Source of the DNA: an uncultured Planctomycetota bacterium | GTDB lineage: Bacteria; Planctomycetota; JACQVV01; CAZANL01 | Assembly: GCA_964566865.1 (NCBI GenBank) | Contig: CAZMLI010000005.1 | Coordinates: 1-36,003, forward strand | Reading direction: 5' to 3' | Length of the DNA: 36,003 bases | In this document: piece after piece, positions 8,773 through 15,935 of the stretch | Position numbering within the stretch: the first letter of the stretch is position 1 | Layout of the letters: every line of letters begins with the position of its first letter | Translations under genes and position numbers: made by a program | Notes under the pieces: model-generated | Databases searched by the model: none | The model's input: the letters and a program-made list of their open reading frames with translations, nothing else | What the model was told of the DNA's origin: nothing

Positions 8773-9123
8773 TTGGACGATGATCTGCAATCACCTACCC
8801 TCGAGCTGATGGAACAGCCGCTGCCTGCGCTGATCGGTCGGTTCAGGCCGATCGAACGCCTCGGCCAGGGGGCCTTCGCGGTGGTTTTCAAGGCGCACCC
8901 GATCGACGACCCGGCGCGGATCGTGGCGCTCAAGGTCGCCTTGCCCGGCGACGCCGGATCGCTGCTGCAATGCGAGCAGCGGATCCATGCGCGGGTCGAG
9001 CATCCGGGCATGGTCCGCCTGCTGGGGGCCAATCAGGCGCACGAGCCTCCGTTCCTGGTGCTGGAGCACTGCGCCGGCGGCAGTCTGCGACAGCGGCTCG
9101 ACCGCGCACCCATCCGGGCCTGA
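8773..9123 (+). pseudogene. Hanks-type kinase remnant: N-lobe only (G-loop, VALK lysine, C-helix Glu), no catalytic loop or DFG
   Basis: LGQGAFAVVFKA, IVALKV and FLVLEHCAGGSLRQRL are followed by a stop. The next frame (to 9182) still reads LTYGDVKRIRTAASG, resembling the start of a C-lobe helix. The sequence then abuts the convergent CPBP gene. Confidence 0.6.
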
Positions 9124-9182
9124 CCTACGGCGACGTGAAGCGGATCCGCACGGCGGCGAGCGGCTGCCGCGTCTTCTGGTAG

Positions 9183-9752
9183 CTACTGATACCCCAGCTG
9201 CTTGGCGCGATTGCCGATCAGTTGCAGGTTGATGAAGTTGATCACGAAATGGCAGGTGATCGGCGCGACCAGATCCCCGGTCCAGATGTAGAGATAGCCC
9301 AGCACGTAGCCCATGCCCCAGGCCAGCACCATCCAGTACCAGACACGTTTGTTGAGGATGTGCATCGTGCCGAACGCCAGACAGGTCCAGTGCAGGCCCC
9401 AGGCGTTCTGCATCGCGCCGCGGAACAGGGCCTCCTCCCCGACGGACGAGAAGAGCGCCAGGTAGAAGGCGGTTTGCCAGTCGACGGCGCCCAGGACCTT
9501 GGCGATCTCATCCTCGAGTACCTGCAGCGCCGGCACGAAGCTGAACAGCTTGAACAGCAGCACGACGGCCAATCCAGCGCACGCGCCGAGACCCAGGCTG
9601 CTCAGCGTCTGCAGTGCGACCGGTCTGGTGAGTTCGTCGAAGAGCTTGATGAACGAACGCGGTTCGTCGAGACCCCGCTGATTCCAGAACACCGCGCTGA
9701 GGAACATCAGCAGGTAGATGAACGCGCCCACCAGGACGAATCGCGCGCGCAA
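9183..9752 (-). CDS. CPBP-family intramembrane metalloprotease (CAAX protease / Abi family)
   Basis: EEALFRG motif, FGTMH and HFVINF motifs, multi-TM. The only start in the ORF is TTG at 9752, so the start is uncertain. Confidence 0.85.
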   Translation of the reverse strand: MRARFVLVGAFIYLLMFLSAVFWNQRGLDEPRSFIKLFDELTRPVALQTLSSLGLGACAGLAVVLLFKLFSFVPALQVLEDEIAKVLGAVDWQTAFYLALFSSVGEEALFRGAMQNAWGLHWTCLAFGTMHILNKRVWYWMVLAWGMGYVLGYLYIWTGDLVAPITCHFVINFINLQLIGNRAKQLGYQ

Positions 9753-9829
9753 CTCGGGGGACGGAGTCAGCTCGGCGGGATCCTCATCCGAGGGGAGTTC
9801 GGGACCGCGTCCTTCGTCCGGACCTTCCG

Positions 9830-10339
9830 TCAGGAGATCTTCTCGACGATCAGAATCTCCAGGTTCTCGAGCGGGATGTTGCGATCCCCGGTCAACTGCT
9901 CGAGCCGCGTCTTCAAGCGCTCGGTGATGGTATCCAGCGAGCGAATGTTCGCACCGTCGATCTTGATCAACGGCCGGCGAACATTTTTCTTCTTCGGCTT
10001 GGCTGCCGCGGAGCTGCCCTCGGAGGCAGGCGCATCGAACGAGGTCGTCGTCTTTGTCGGCATGACCTTGCGCTGGAAGTGAGAGGGCTCGGGGGCGTCC
10101 GGCCCGGCCGTCATTCCCACCGACACAGCGCCCGCGCCCGCCCGCGCTCGCTGATCACTGATCCAGCGTTCGTAGTCCGCGCAGGCCATCACGCAGTCCT
10201 CGAATTCCGGGCAGGTCAGACATATTTTCTCCGTCGGCGTACCCGTGTCGTCCAGTGCAACGTCGCACTTCTTGGGACAACCAACAAACTTGCCTTTGCC
10301 ATCGACCTGGCACGGCTCTCGACAGACTGGACATTCCAT
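9830..10339 (-). CDS. Hypothetical cysteine-rich protein (about 10 Cys in the first 55 aa, low-complexity Lys-rich linker, small C-terminal domain)
   Basis: CPVC...C...CPKKC...CLTC...C...C pattern. Co-directional with the CPBP gene, 77 nt upstream of it. Confidence 0.6.
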   Translation of the reverse strand: MECPVCREPCQVDGKGKFVGCPKKCDVALDDTGTPTEKICLTCPEFEDCVMACADYERWISDQRARAGAGAVSVGMTAGPDAPEPSHFQRKVMPTKTTTSFDAPASEGSSAAAKPKKKNVRRPLIKIDGANIRSLDTITERLKTRLEQLTGDRNIPLENLEILIVEKIS

Positions 10340-10433
10340 CCGTATGGCGCTCCAACGTGATGTGACTGCTTCCGAAGGGTGTTAACAACAATAATAGCGT
10401 TAGCGCGCACCAGATCAAAGAAGATCGCCCTTT

Positions 10434-10462
10434 TTGCCGTACTGCCAAAGTTGACGTAAACT
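10434..10462 (+). promoter_or_regulatory. Weak candidate sigma-70 promoter TTGCCG-17 nt-TAAACT upstream of the PHP gene
   Basis: Both hexamers match at 4/6. It lies in the comparatively AT-rich 167-bp divergent intergenic region. Confidence 0.25.
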
Positions 10463-10506
10463 CAAAATAGCAGGCAACAGCACAAGCCAAGAAACAAAGG
10501 AGACGA

Positions 10507-11436
10507 ATGACACGACAATCTGACCCGCCGCCCGTCAAACGCGCAGACCTACACGTACACTCCAGTCACTCCAACGAGATACTGCGCTACGGCCGCCTGA
10601 CGACGCCCTTCCAGGCCGCTGCCAACCCCCAAACGATCGCGCAACGAGCAAAGACAGCCGGTATGGACTACATCGCGATCACCGACCACGACACGCTCGA
10701 CGGCTGCCATCAACTGCTCGATGAAAACCCCGAACTCGCGCCGCGCCTGATCGTCGGCGAAGAGGTCACTTCCTACTGCCCGGACTCCGGACACGAGCTG
10801 CACCTCAATGTGCTCGGCATCAACCAGCGCCAGCACGAAGAGATTCAACATCGCCGCCGCGACCTGATCCGCCTGGTGAGCTACCTCCGCAGAGAGCGCA
10901 TTCTCTACATTCTCAACCACCCGATCTGGGATGCCGAAGGCCGTCGCTGGACCCCCGGCCGCCTGCTCGAGATGGTCCGGCTGGTGCGAGACCACTTTCC
11001 GATCATCGAGGGGCGCAACGGCTCGGTCCTGCCCTATCAGAACAAGATTGCCACGGCGATCGCACGGCGGCTGTCCTGCTTCGTCATCGGCGGTTCGGAC
11101 ACCCACTCAGACCAGGTTGGCTACACCTGGACCGAGGCGCCCGGAGCCACCAAGGAGGCATTCCTCGAGTCGATCCGGCTCGGAAAGGCCCGTCCCGGGG
11201 GTGCGGAGTGCACGCTGCCCTACTTCACCCATGAAGTCAGGCTGCTGCTGCGCAAGAATGCCGTTCGCAGGGCTCGGCCATGGGGTCGCTTTGCGGGGAG
11301 CCTGATGGGCCTCTTCATCGACACGTTCCATGCGCGCTTGACCCGGATGGTGACCCGGACTTACCTGCGTGTGCAGAAGTCCACATTGCCCCGCGCGGCG
11401 CAAGAGCTGGAATTGATCCTTCCGCCCGGGCCCTAG
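10507..11436 (+). CDS. PHP-domain metal-dependent phosphoesterase
   Basis: DLHVHSSHS, AITDHDT and GGSDTHS motifs. AGGAG Shine-Dalgarno 4 nt upstream of the ATG. Confidence 0.85.
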   Translation: MTRQSDPPPVKRADLHVHSSHSNEILRYGRLTTPFQAAANPQTIAQRAKTAGMDYIAITDHDTLDGCHQLLDENPELAPRLIVGEEVTSYCPDSGHELHLNVLGINQRQHEEIQHRRRDLIRLVSYLRRERILYILNHPIWDAEGRRWTPGRLLEMVRLVRDHFPIIEGRNGSVLPYQNKIATAIARRLSCFVIGGSDTHSDQVGYTWTEAPGATKEAFLESIRLGKARPGGAECTLPYFTHEVRLLLRKNAVRRARPWGRFAGSLMGLFIDTFHARLTRMVTRTYLRVQKSTLPRAAQELELILPPGP

Positions 11437-11456
11437 AAGCACTACTATCTAGCTGT

Positions 11457-12029
11457 ATGATCCCGGACGCCAAGATCGAGACATTTCTCCGGGGCGCTCA
11501 CGTCTTCGCGACCAGTATCAAGAAGATCCTGGAAGAGAAGTACCTAGCGGAAGCCACGAACAACAAGTTGAGCTTTCCGCAGTACAACGTGCTGCGCCTG
11601 CTTGAGTCGCGTAAAGCGCGCCATGTCGGCGACGTGGCGGAGTTCCTGGACATCAGCTACCCGGCGGCCAGCAAGATCATCGAGCGGCTGCACAAGATGG
11701 GATATCTGACCCGCCGCGAAGACCCGCGCGACCGTCGCGCTTCCTGCCTGGAGATCGCCAGCGGTGGCCAGGATCTGATCGACCGCTACGAGCAGCACAA
11801 GATGGATTCGGTGCGCAGCGTGCTGTCCAAGATGCCTCCGGAGCAGATCGAACTCTTCGGCAAGATGCTCGAGGACATGGCGCTGCACCTGCTGCAGGAC
11901 ACGCCGTGCTACACCCAGGTCTGCATGCAATGCGGCGCCTACATGGCGGACCCCTGCGCGATCGAAGCACATGTGGAATGCGCCCACCGCGTCCCCCACT
12001 CGGTGATGTCCTTCCACGACAAGCGCTAG
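11457..12029 (+). CDS. MarR-family transcriptional regulator with Cys/His-rich C-terminal extension
   Basis: Winged-helix region: FPQYNVLRLLES...VGDVAEFLDISYPAASKIIERLHKMGYLTRREDPRDRR. The track ORF start at 11280 is rejected because it overlaps the PHP gene. Confidence 0.85.
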   Translation: MIPDAKIETFLRGAHVFATSIKKILEEKYLAEATNNKLSFPQYNVLRLLESRKARHVGDVAEFLDISYPAASKIIERLHKMGYLTRREDPRDRRASCLEIASGGQDLIDRYEQHKMDSVRSVLSKMPPEQIELFGKMLEDMALHLLQDTPCYTQVCMQCGAYMADPCAIEAHVECAHRVPHSVMSFHDKR

Positions 12030-12059
12030 CTTTTAGCGCGGCTTACCCGCTTGGCGCGA

Positions 12060-12089
12060 GAGGCGGCAGGAAGCCTGGATCGCCGCCTC
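12060..12089. terminator. Hairpin GAGGCGGC-14 nt-GCCGCCTC between the convergent MarR and ymdB genes
   Basis: 8-bp GC-rich perfect stem seen directly. There is no U-tract on either strand. Confidence 0.25.
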
Positions 12090-12176
12090 GGCTCGGCGGG
12101 AGCCTCGCCCTCCCTTTGATTGTTGCGCCAGGGGCCCAGAAATGCGAGTCGAACGCCTCGTTCTTTCGCCTCGGGG

Positions 12177-12965
12177 CTAGCGCGTGTAGGGGACCTGCAG
12201 CCGTTCGATCGACAGGGCTTTGCCTGTCTGCGGATCCACTTCTAGCAGGATGCCCATCAGCTTCAGGTCATCGGTCGCGACATGAAACGCGGCCGGCATG
12301 CTGGTGGTCATCTTTTTCAGCACGGGCTCGACCTGGCGGCCGATGATGCCGTTGTGTGGACCGGTCATGCCGAGGTCGGTGATGAAGGCGGTGCCCTTGG
12401 GCAGGACACGCTCGTCGGCGGTCTGGACGTGGGTGTGCGTGCCCCAGACTGCGGTGACGCGGCCATCCAGATACCAGCCCATGGCGATCGACTCGCTGGT
12501 CGCCTCGGCATGGAAGTCGACCAGGATCACCTGGCACTGCGCGAGCGCCTCGAGGGCGCGCTCCGCCGCGGCGAAGGGGCAGTCGGTGGGCTCCATGAAG
12601 ACGCGGCCTTGCAGGTTGATCACGCCGATCTGGTGTGGTCCACAGGCGAACGATCCGTAGCCCTGGCCGGCCGCCCCGCTGCAGTAGTTCAGCGGCCGCA
12701 GGATTTCCGGACGACTGGCGAACAGCGGCATCAGATCGGACTTCTTGAACCAGTGGTCACCCAGCGTGATCACGTCCACGCCTTGCGCGAGGATCTTCTG
12801 TGCTTCGCGCGCGGTGACGCCGGAGCCATTGGAGGCGGCGTTTTCGGCGTTGACCACGATGAAGTCCAGGCGATGTTGCTCCTTCAGCTTCGGCAGCAAC
12901 TCTCTGAGCACTTCCTGGCCGGGTTTGCCGACCAGGTCTCCGACGGCTAGCACGCGCAAGCTCAT
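12177..12965 (-). CDS. ymdB: YmdB-like metallophosphoesterase (2',3'-cyclic-nucleotide phosphodiesterase family)
   Basis: LRVLAVGDLVGKPG...FIVVNAENAASNGSGVT. Lies 3 nt downstream of rny, the arrangement known from Bacillus. Confidence 0.9.
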   Translation of the reverse strand: MSLRVLAVGDLVGKPGQEVLRELLPKLKEQHRLDFIVVNAENAASNGSGVTAREAQKILAQGVDVITLGDHWFKKSDLMPLFASRPEILRPLNYCSGAAGQGYGSFACGPHQIGVINLQGRVFMEPTDCPFAAAERALEALAQCQVILVDFHAEATSESIAMGWYLDGRVTAVWGTHTHVQTADERVLPKGTAFITDLGMTGPHNGIIGRQVEPVLKKMTTSMPAAFHVATDDLKLMGILLEVDPQTGKALSIERLQVPYTR

Positions 12966-12968
12966 GAT

Positions 12969-14516
12969 CTAGAGAGAGTACTCAACGACACGCGACTCGC
13001 GCAACAGGGTGACTCGAAGTTCGTTGGGATAGCTCATCTCCTCCTTGATGCGCAGGGCGACCTTACGGCAGAGCAGAGTGGCCTGCTCGTCGCTGACCTG
13101 GTCCGGATCGAGGATCACCCGAACCTCACGACCGGCGCGGATCGCGTAGGCCGAGATGATGCCGTCGAAGTCCGAGGCCAGCGCCTCCAGCTTTTCCATG
13201 CGCTGGACGAACTCCTCGAAGTTCCCCTGCCGGACCGGCCTGGACTTGCTGATCTTGTTGGCCAGCTGGACCAGGATGGCGTAGGGCGAAGTCGGCGGCA
13301 CCTCGTCGTGATGCGCGGCGATCGCGTTGGCCACCTCCTCCGACTCGTCGCAGCGCCGGGCCAGGTCTCCGCCGGCAATCGCGTGCGAGCCCTCGGCCTG
13401 GTGATCGAGGGCCTTGCCGATGTCGTGCAACAAGCCGGCGCGCTTGGCCAGCTGTGCATCGAGCTTCAGCTCGCTGGCGATCATGCCGGCCAGTCGGGCG
13501 ACTTCCACCGAGTGGTCGAGCACGTTCGTGCCGAGGCTGGTGCGGTACTTCAGCCGACCGAGCATGGTGATCTCACGCTGATGCAGGCCGTGGATATTGG
13601 ACTCGTAACAGACCTGGCGGCCGGTCTCCTGGATGATCTCCTCCACCTCGTTGCGGGTCGACTGCACGACCTCCTCGATCCGCGCCGGGTGAATCCTGCC
13701 GTCGATCGTCAGCTTCTCCATCGAGCGGCGGGCGACCTCGCGACGCAGGCTGTCGAAGCCCGAGACGACGATCAGCCCGGGGGTGTCGTCGATGATCACG
13801 TCGATGCCGGTCGCCTGCTCGAAGGCGCGGATGTTACGCCCCTCCCGACCGATGATGCGCCCCTTCATGTCGTCGTTGGGAATGTCGACGGTGCTGACGA
13901 CATGATCGGCGGTGTGCTCGACGGCCAGTCGCTGGATCGCCAGGATGATCGCCTCCTGGGCCTTCTGCTCGATCTCGCCCTTTGAACGCTTGATCGCCTG
14001 CTCGACGACCGCGGCCGACTCGGCCTCGACCTCCTCGGTCAGCTTGTCCAGCAGGCGCTTCTCGGCCTCCTTGGCGGACAGCCGGCTGATGCGTTCCAGT
14101 TCGCGTGTCTCCTTGGCCAGCAGATCCTCGAGGCGGGTGCGCCGCTGATCGAGCTGCGTCTCGGCCTTCTCGATGCGCTCCTCGGTCTGCTCGATGAAGG
14201 TCTCCTTGCGCTCGAGCACGACGACTCGCCGCTCGAAGTCCTTCTCTCGCTTGTCGACCTTCTCCTGCTGATCGGCCACCTTGTCCTCGCGCTCGCCCTG
14301 CTCCTGCTCGAAGGCGGCCCGTTTTGACAGCTGCTCCTCCTCGAGCTCGCGGCGGGAATCAGCGGTGGCCTTGTCGGTGTGACGGCGCGCTTCCTCGATC
14401 AGTTCGCTCGAGCGCTCCTTGGCCGAGCCGACGGTCAATCGCGCATGGAATTCGCGAATTGCGTAACCCGAGACCAGGCCGGTCAAGCCAATCAGAAACG
14501 TCGTCAGTCCGTCCAC
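12969..14516 (-). CDS. rny: Ribonuclease Y
   Basis: N-terminal TM helix, coiled coil, KH domain (GRIIGREGRNIRAFE) and HD domain (LLHDIGKA). Confidence 0.95.
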   Translation of the reverse strand: MDGLTTFLIGLTGLVSGYAIREFHARLTVGSAKERSSELIEEARRHTDKATADSRRELEEEQLSKRAAFEQEQGEREDKVADQQEKVDKREKDFERRVVVLERKETFIEQTEERIEKAETQLDQRRTRLEDLLAKETRELERISRLSAKEAEKRLLDKLTEEVEAESAAVVEQAIKRSKGEIEQKAQEAIILAIQRLAVEHTADHVVSTVDIPNDDMKGRIIGREGRNIRAFEQATGIDVIIDDTPGLIVVSGFDSLRREVARRSMEKLTIDGRIHPARIEEVVQSTRNEVEEIIQETGRQVCYESNIHGLHQREITMLGRLKYRTSLGTNVLDHSVEVARLAGMIASELKLDAQLAKRAGLLHDIGKALDHQAEGSHAIAGGDLARRCDESEEVANAIAAHHDEVPPTSPYAILVQLANKISKSRPVRQGNFEEFVQRMEKLEALASDFDGIISAYAIRAGREVRVILDPDQVSDEQATLLCRKVALRIKEEMSYPNELRVTLLRESRVVEYSL

Positions 14517-14519
14517 CCG

Positions 14520-15641
14520 TCAGTCTCGCTCCGACGAGTTCTCATCATCCTCGTCGGGCACGTCCAGTTGGTGAATCCGCTCTTCCATCTCGTTGCGGCG
14601 CAACGCCTTGACGAACGGGCTCAGCTCACCGAGCAGGATGTTGTCCAGATTGTTGATCGAGAGCCGGATCCGGTGATCGGTCACCCGGTTCTGCGGATAG
14701 TTGTAGGTGCGGATCTTCTGGCTGCGGTCGCCGGAGCCGATCTGGCTCTGCCGGGTGGCCGAGCGCTCCGCCTCCTTCTCCGCGCGCTTGGCCTCGTACA
14801 GCCGCGCGCGCAACAGCCGCATCGCCTTGTCCTTGTTCTTGTGCTGGCTCTTCTCGTCCTGACAGGTCTGCACGATACCAGTCGGCAAGTGGGTGATGCG
14901 CACCGCGCTGTGGGTCGTATTGACCGACTGCCCACCCGGGCCCGATGAGCAATAACGGTCGATCTGCAGATCTTCGGTCTTGATCTGGATGTCGACCTCT
15001 TCCGCCTCGGGCAGCACCGCGACGGTGCAGAGCGAGGTATGAATCCGGCCGGCGGTCTCGGTCTGCGGTACGCGCTGCACCCGATGCCCACCGCCCTCGT
15101 ACTTGAAGGTGGCGAACGCGCCCTCGCCCTTGACCCGAAAGGTGAGTTCGCGAAACCCGCCGAGCTCGGTGCTCTGCTGGGTCAGGACCTCGATCTTGTA
15201 CTTGAGCTGCTCGGTGAACTTGGTGTACATCTTGAACAGGTCGGCGACGAAGATGCAGGCCTCGTCACCACCGGTGCCCGCTCGGATCTCGATGATCACG
15301 TTGCGGTGATCGTCCTCGTCCGCGGTCAGCAACGACTCCTTGATTTCCTCGTAGAGTCCTTTGGCGCGCGGTTCGAGCTCGGCGATCTCGGCCTGCGCCA
15401 GCTCGAGCATCTCGGCGTCCTCTTCCGACTCGGCCATCTCGCGCGAGTCTTGCAGCTCTTGATTGAGCTGCCGGTAGGTCCGATACTTGCCAACGATCTT
15501 GCGGAGCTGCCCGTGCTCCTGGAGCAATGCTGTGTATCGCTCACGCTGCGAGATCACCTCTGGATCGGCAATCTGGGACTCGATCTCCGTGAACCGCGCA
15601 CACATCGCCTCCAGCTTGTCGATGAGGGATGTAGTCGACAC
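14520..15641 (-). CDS. prfA: Peptide chain release factor 1
   Basis: [17 protein letters not shown] (PxT tripeptide region) and [12 protein letters not shown] (GGQ motif). The sequence aligns along its length with E. coli RF1 as I recall it. Confidence 0.95.
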   Translation of the reverse strand: MSTTSLIDKLEAMCARFTEIESQIADPEVISQRERYTALLQEHGQLRKIVGKYRTYRQLNQELQDSREMAESEEDAEMLELAQAEIAELEPRAKGLYEEIKESLLTADEDDHRNVIIEIRAGTGGDEACIFVADLFKMYTKFTEQLKYKIEVLTQQSTELGGFRELTFRVKGEGAFATFKYEGGGHRVQRVPQTETAGRIHTSLCTVAVLPEAEEVDIQIKTEDLQIDRYCSSGPGGQSVNTTHSAVRITHLPTGIVQTCQDEKSQHKNKDKAMRLLRARLYEAKRAEKEAERSATRQSQIGSGDRSQKIRTYNYPQNRVTDHRIRLSINNLDNILLGELSPFVKALRRNEMEERIHQLDVPDEDDENSSERD

Positions 15642-15647
15642 GAGGGC

Positions 15648-15866
15648 TTAGCTGTTGTCTTGCTTGACGCCCCAGTTGTACTTCTTCTGGAACTTCTCCA
15701 CGCGGCCCGCGGTATCTACAAACCGCTGCTTACCGGTATAGAATGGGTGGCACTTGTAGCAAATCTCGACCTTGATCTGTGCCTGCGTGGAACGCGTCTC
15801 AAATTTTTCCCCGCAGCCGCAACTCACAACCGAGTCGACATATTTGGGGTGGATGTCCTTTTTCAT
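15648..15866 (-). CDS. rpmE: 50S ribosomal protein L31 (zinc-binding type A)
   Basis: MKKDIHPKY..., CxC...CxxC. GGAGG Shine-Dalgarno about 8 nt upstream of the ATG at 15866. The track start at 15935 is rejected. Confidence 0.92.
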   Translation of the reverse strand: MKKDIHPKYVDSVVSCGCGEKFETRSTQAQIKVEICYKCHPFYTGKQRFVDTAGRVEKFQKKYNWGVKQDNS

Positions 15867-15907
15867 GCCAATCGCCTCCGGGCGTTGTTTCCTATGTTGG
15901 AAGCTAG

Positions 15908-15935
15908 AGTCTATCCCTGGCCCGGGGTTTGTCAA
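15908..15935 (-). promoter_or_regulatory. Candidate sigma-70 promoter TTGACA-16 nt-TAGACT upstream of rpmE
   Basis: The -35 box is a perfect match and overlaps the kinase stop codon (15932-15934). It predicts a 5' UTR of about 35 nt containing the GGAGG Shine-Dalgarno. Confidence 0.4.

Noticed and set aside
9183-9752. CPBP/Abi-family gene as evidence of an abortive-infection defence locus
   Set aside because: The Abi name is historical. No phage, restriction, toxin or other defence-associated genes are nearby, and the context is ordinary chromosomal.
10471-10490. Sigma-54-like TGGCTTGTGCTGTTGC on the minus strand upstream of the Cys-rich gene
   Set aside because: GG and GC are separated by 11 nt rather than 10, and the -24 box is poor.
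12130-12165. GTTCGA-containing stretch resembling a tRNA T-loop in the MarR/ymdB convergent spacer
   Set aside because: I could not fold flanking T-arm, acceptor or anticodon stems. The 147-bp spacer does not accommodate a tRNA cloverleaf.
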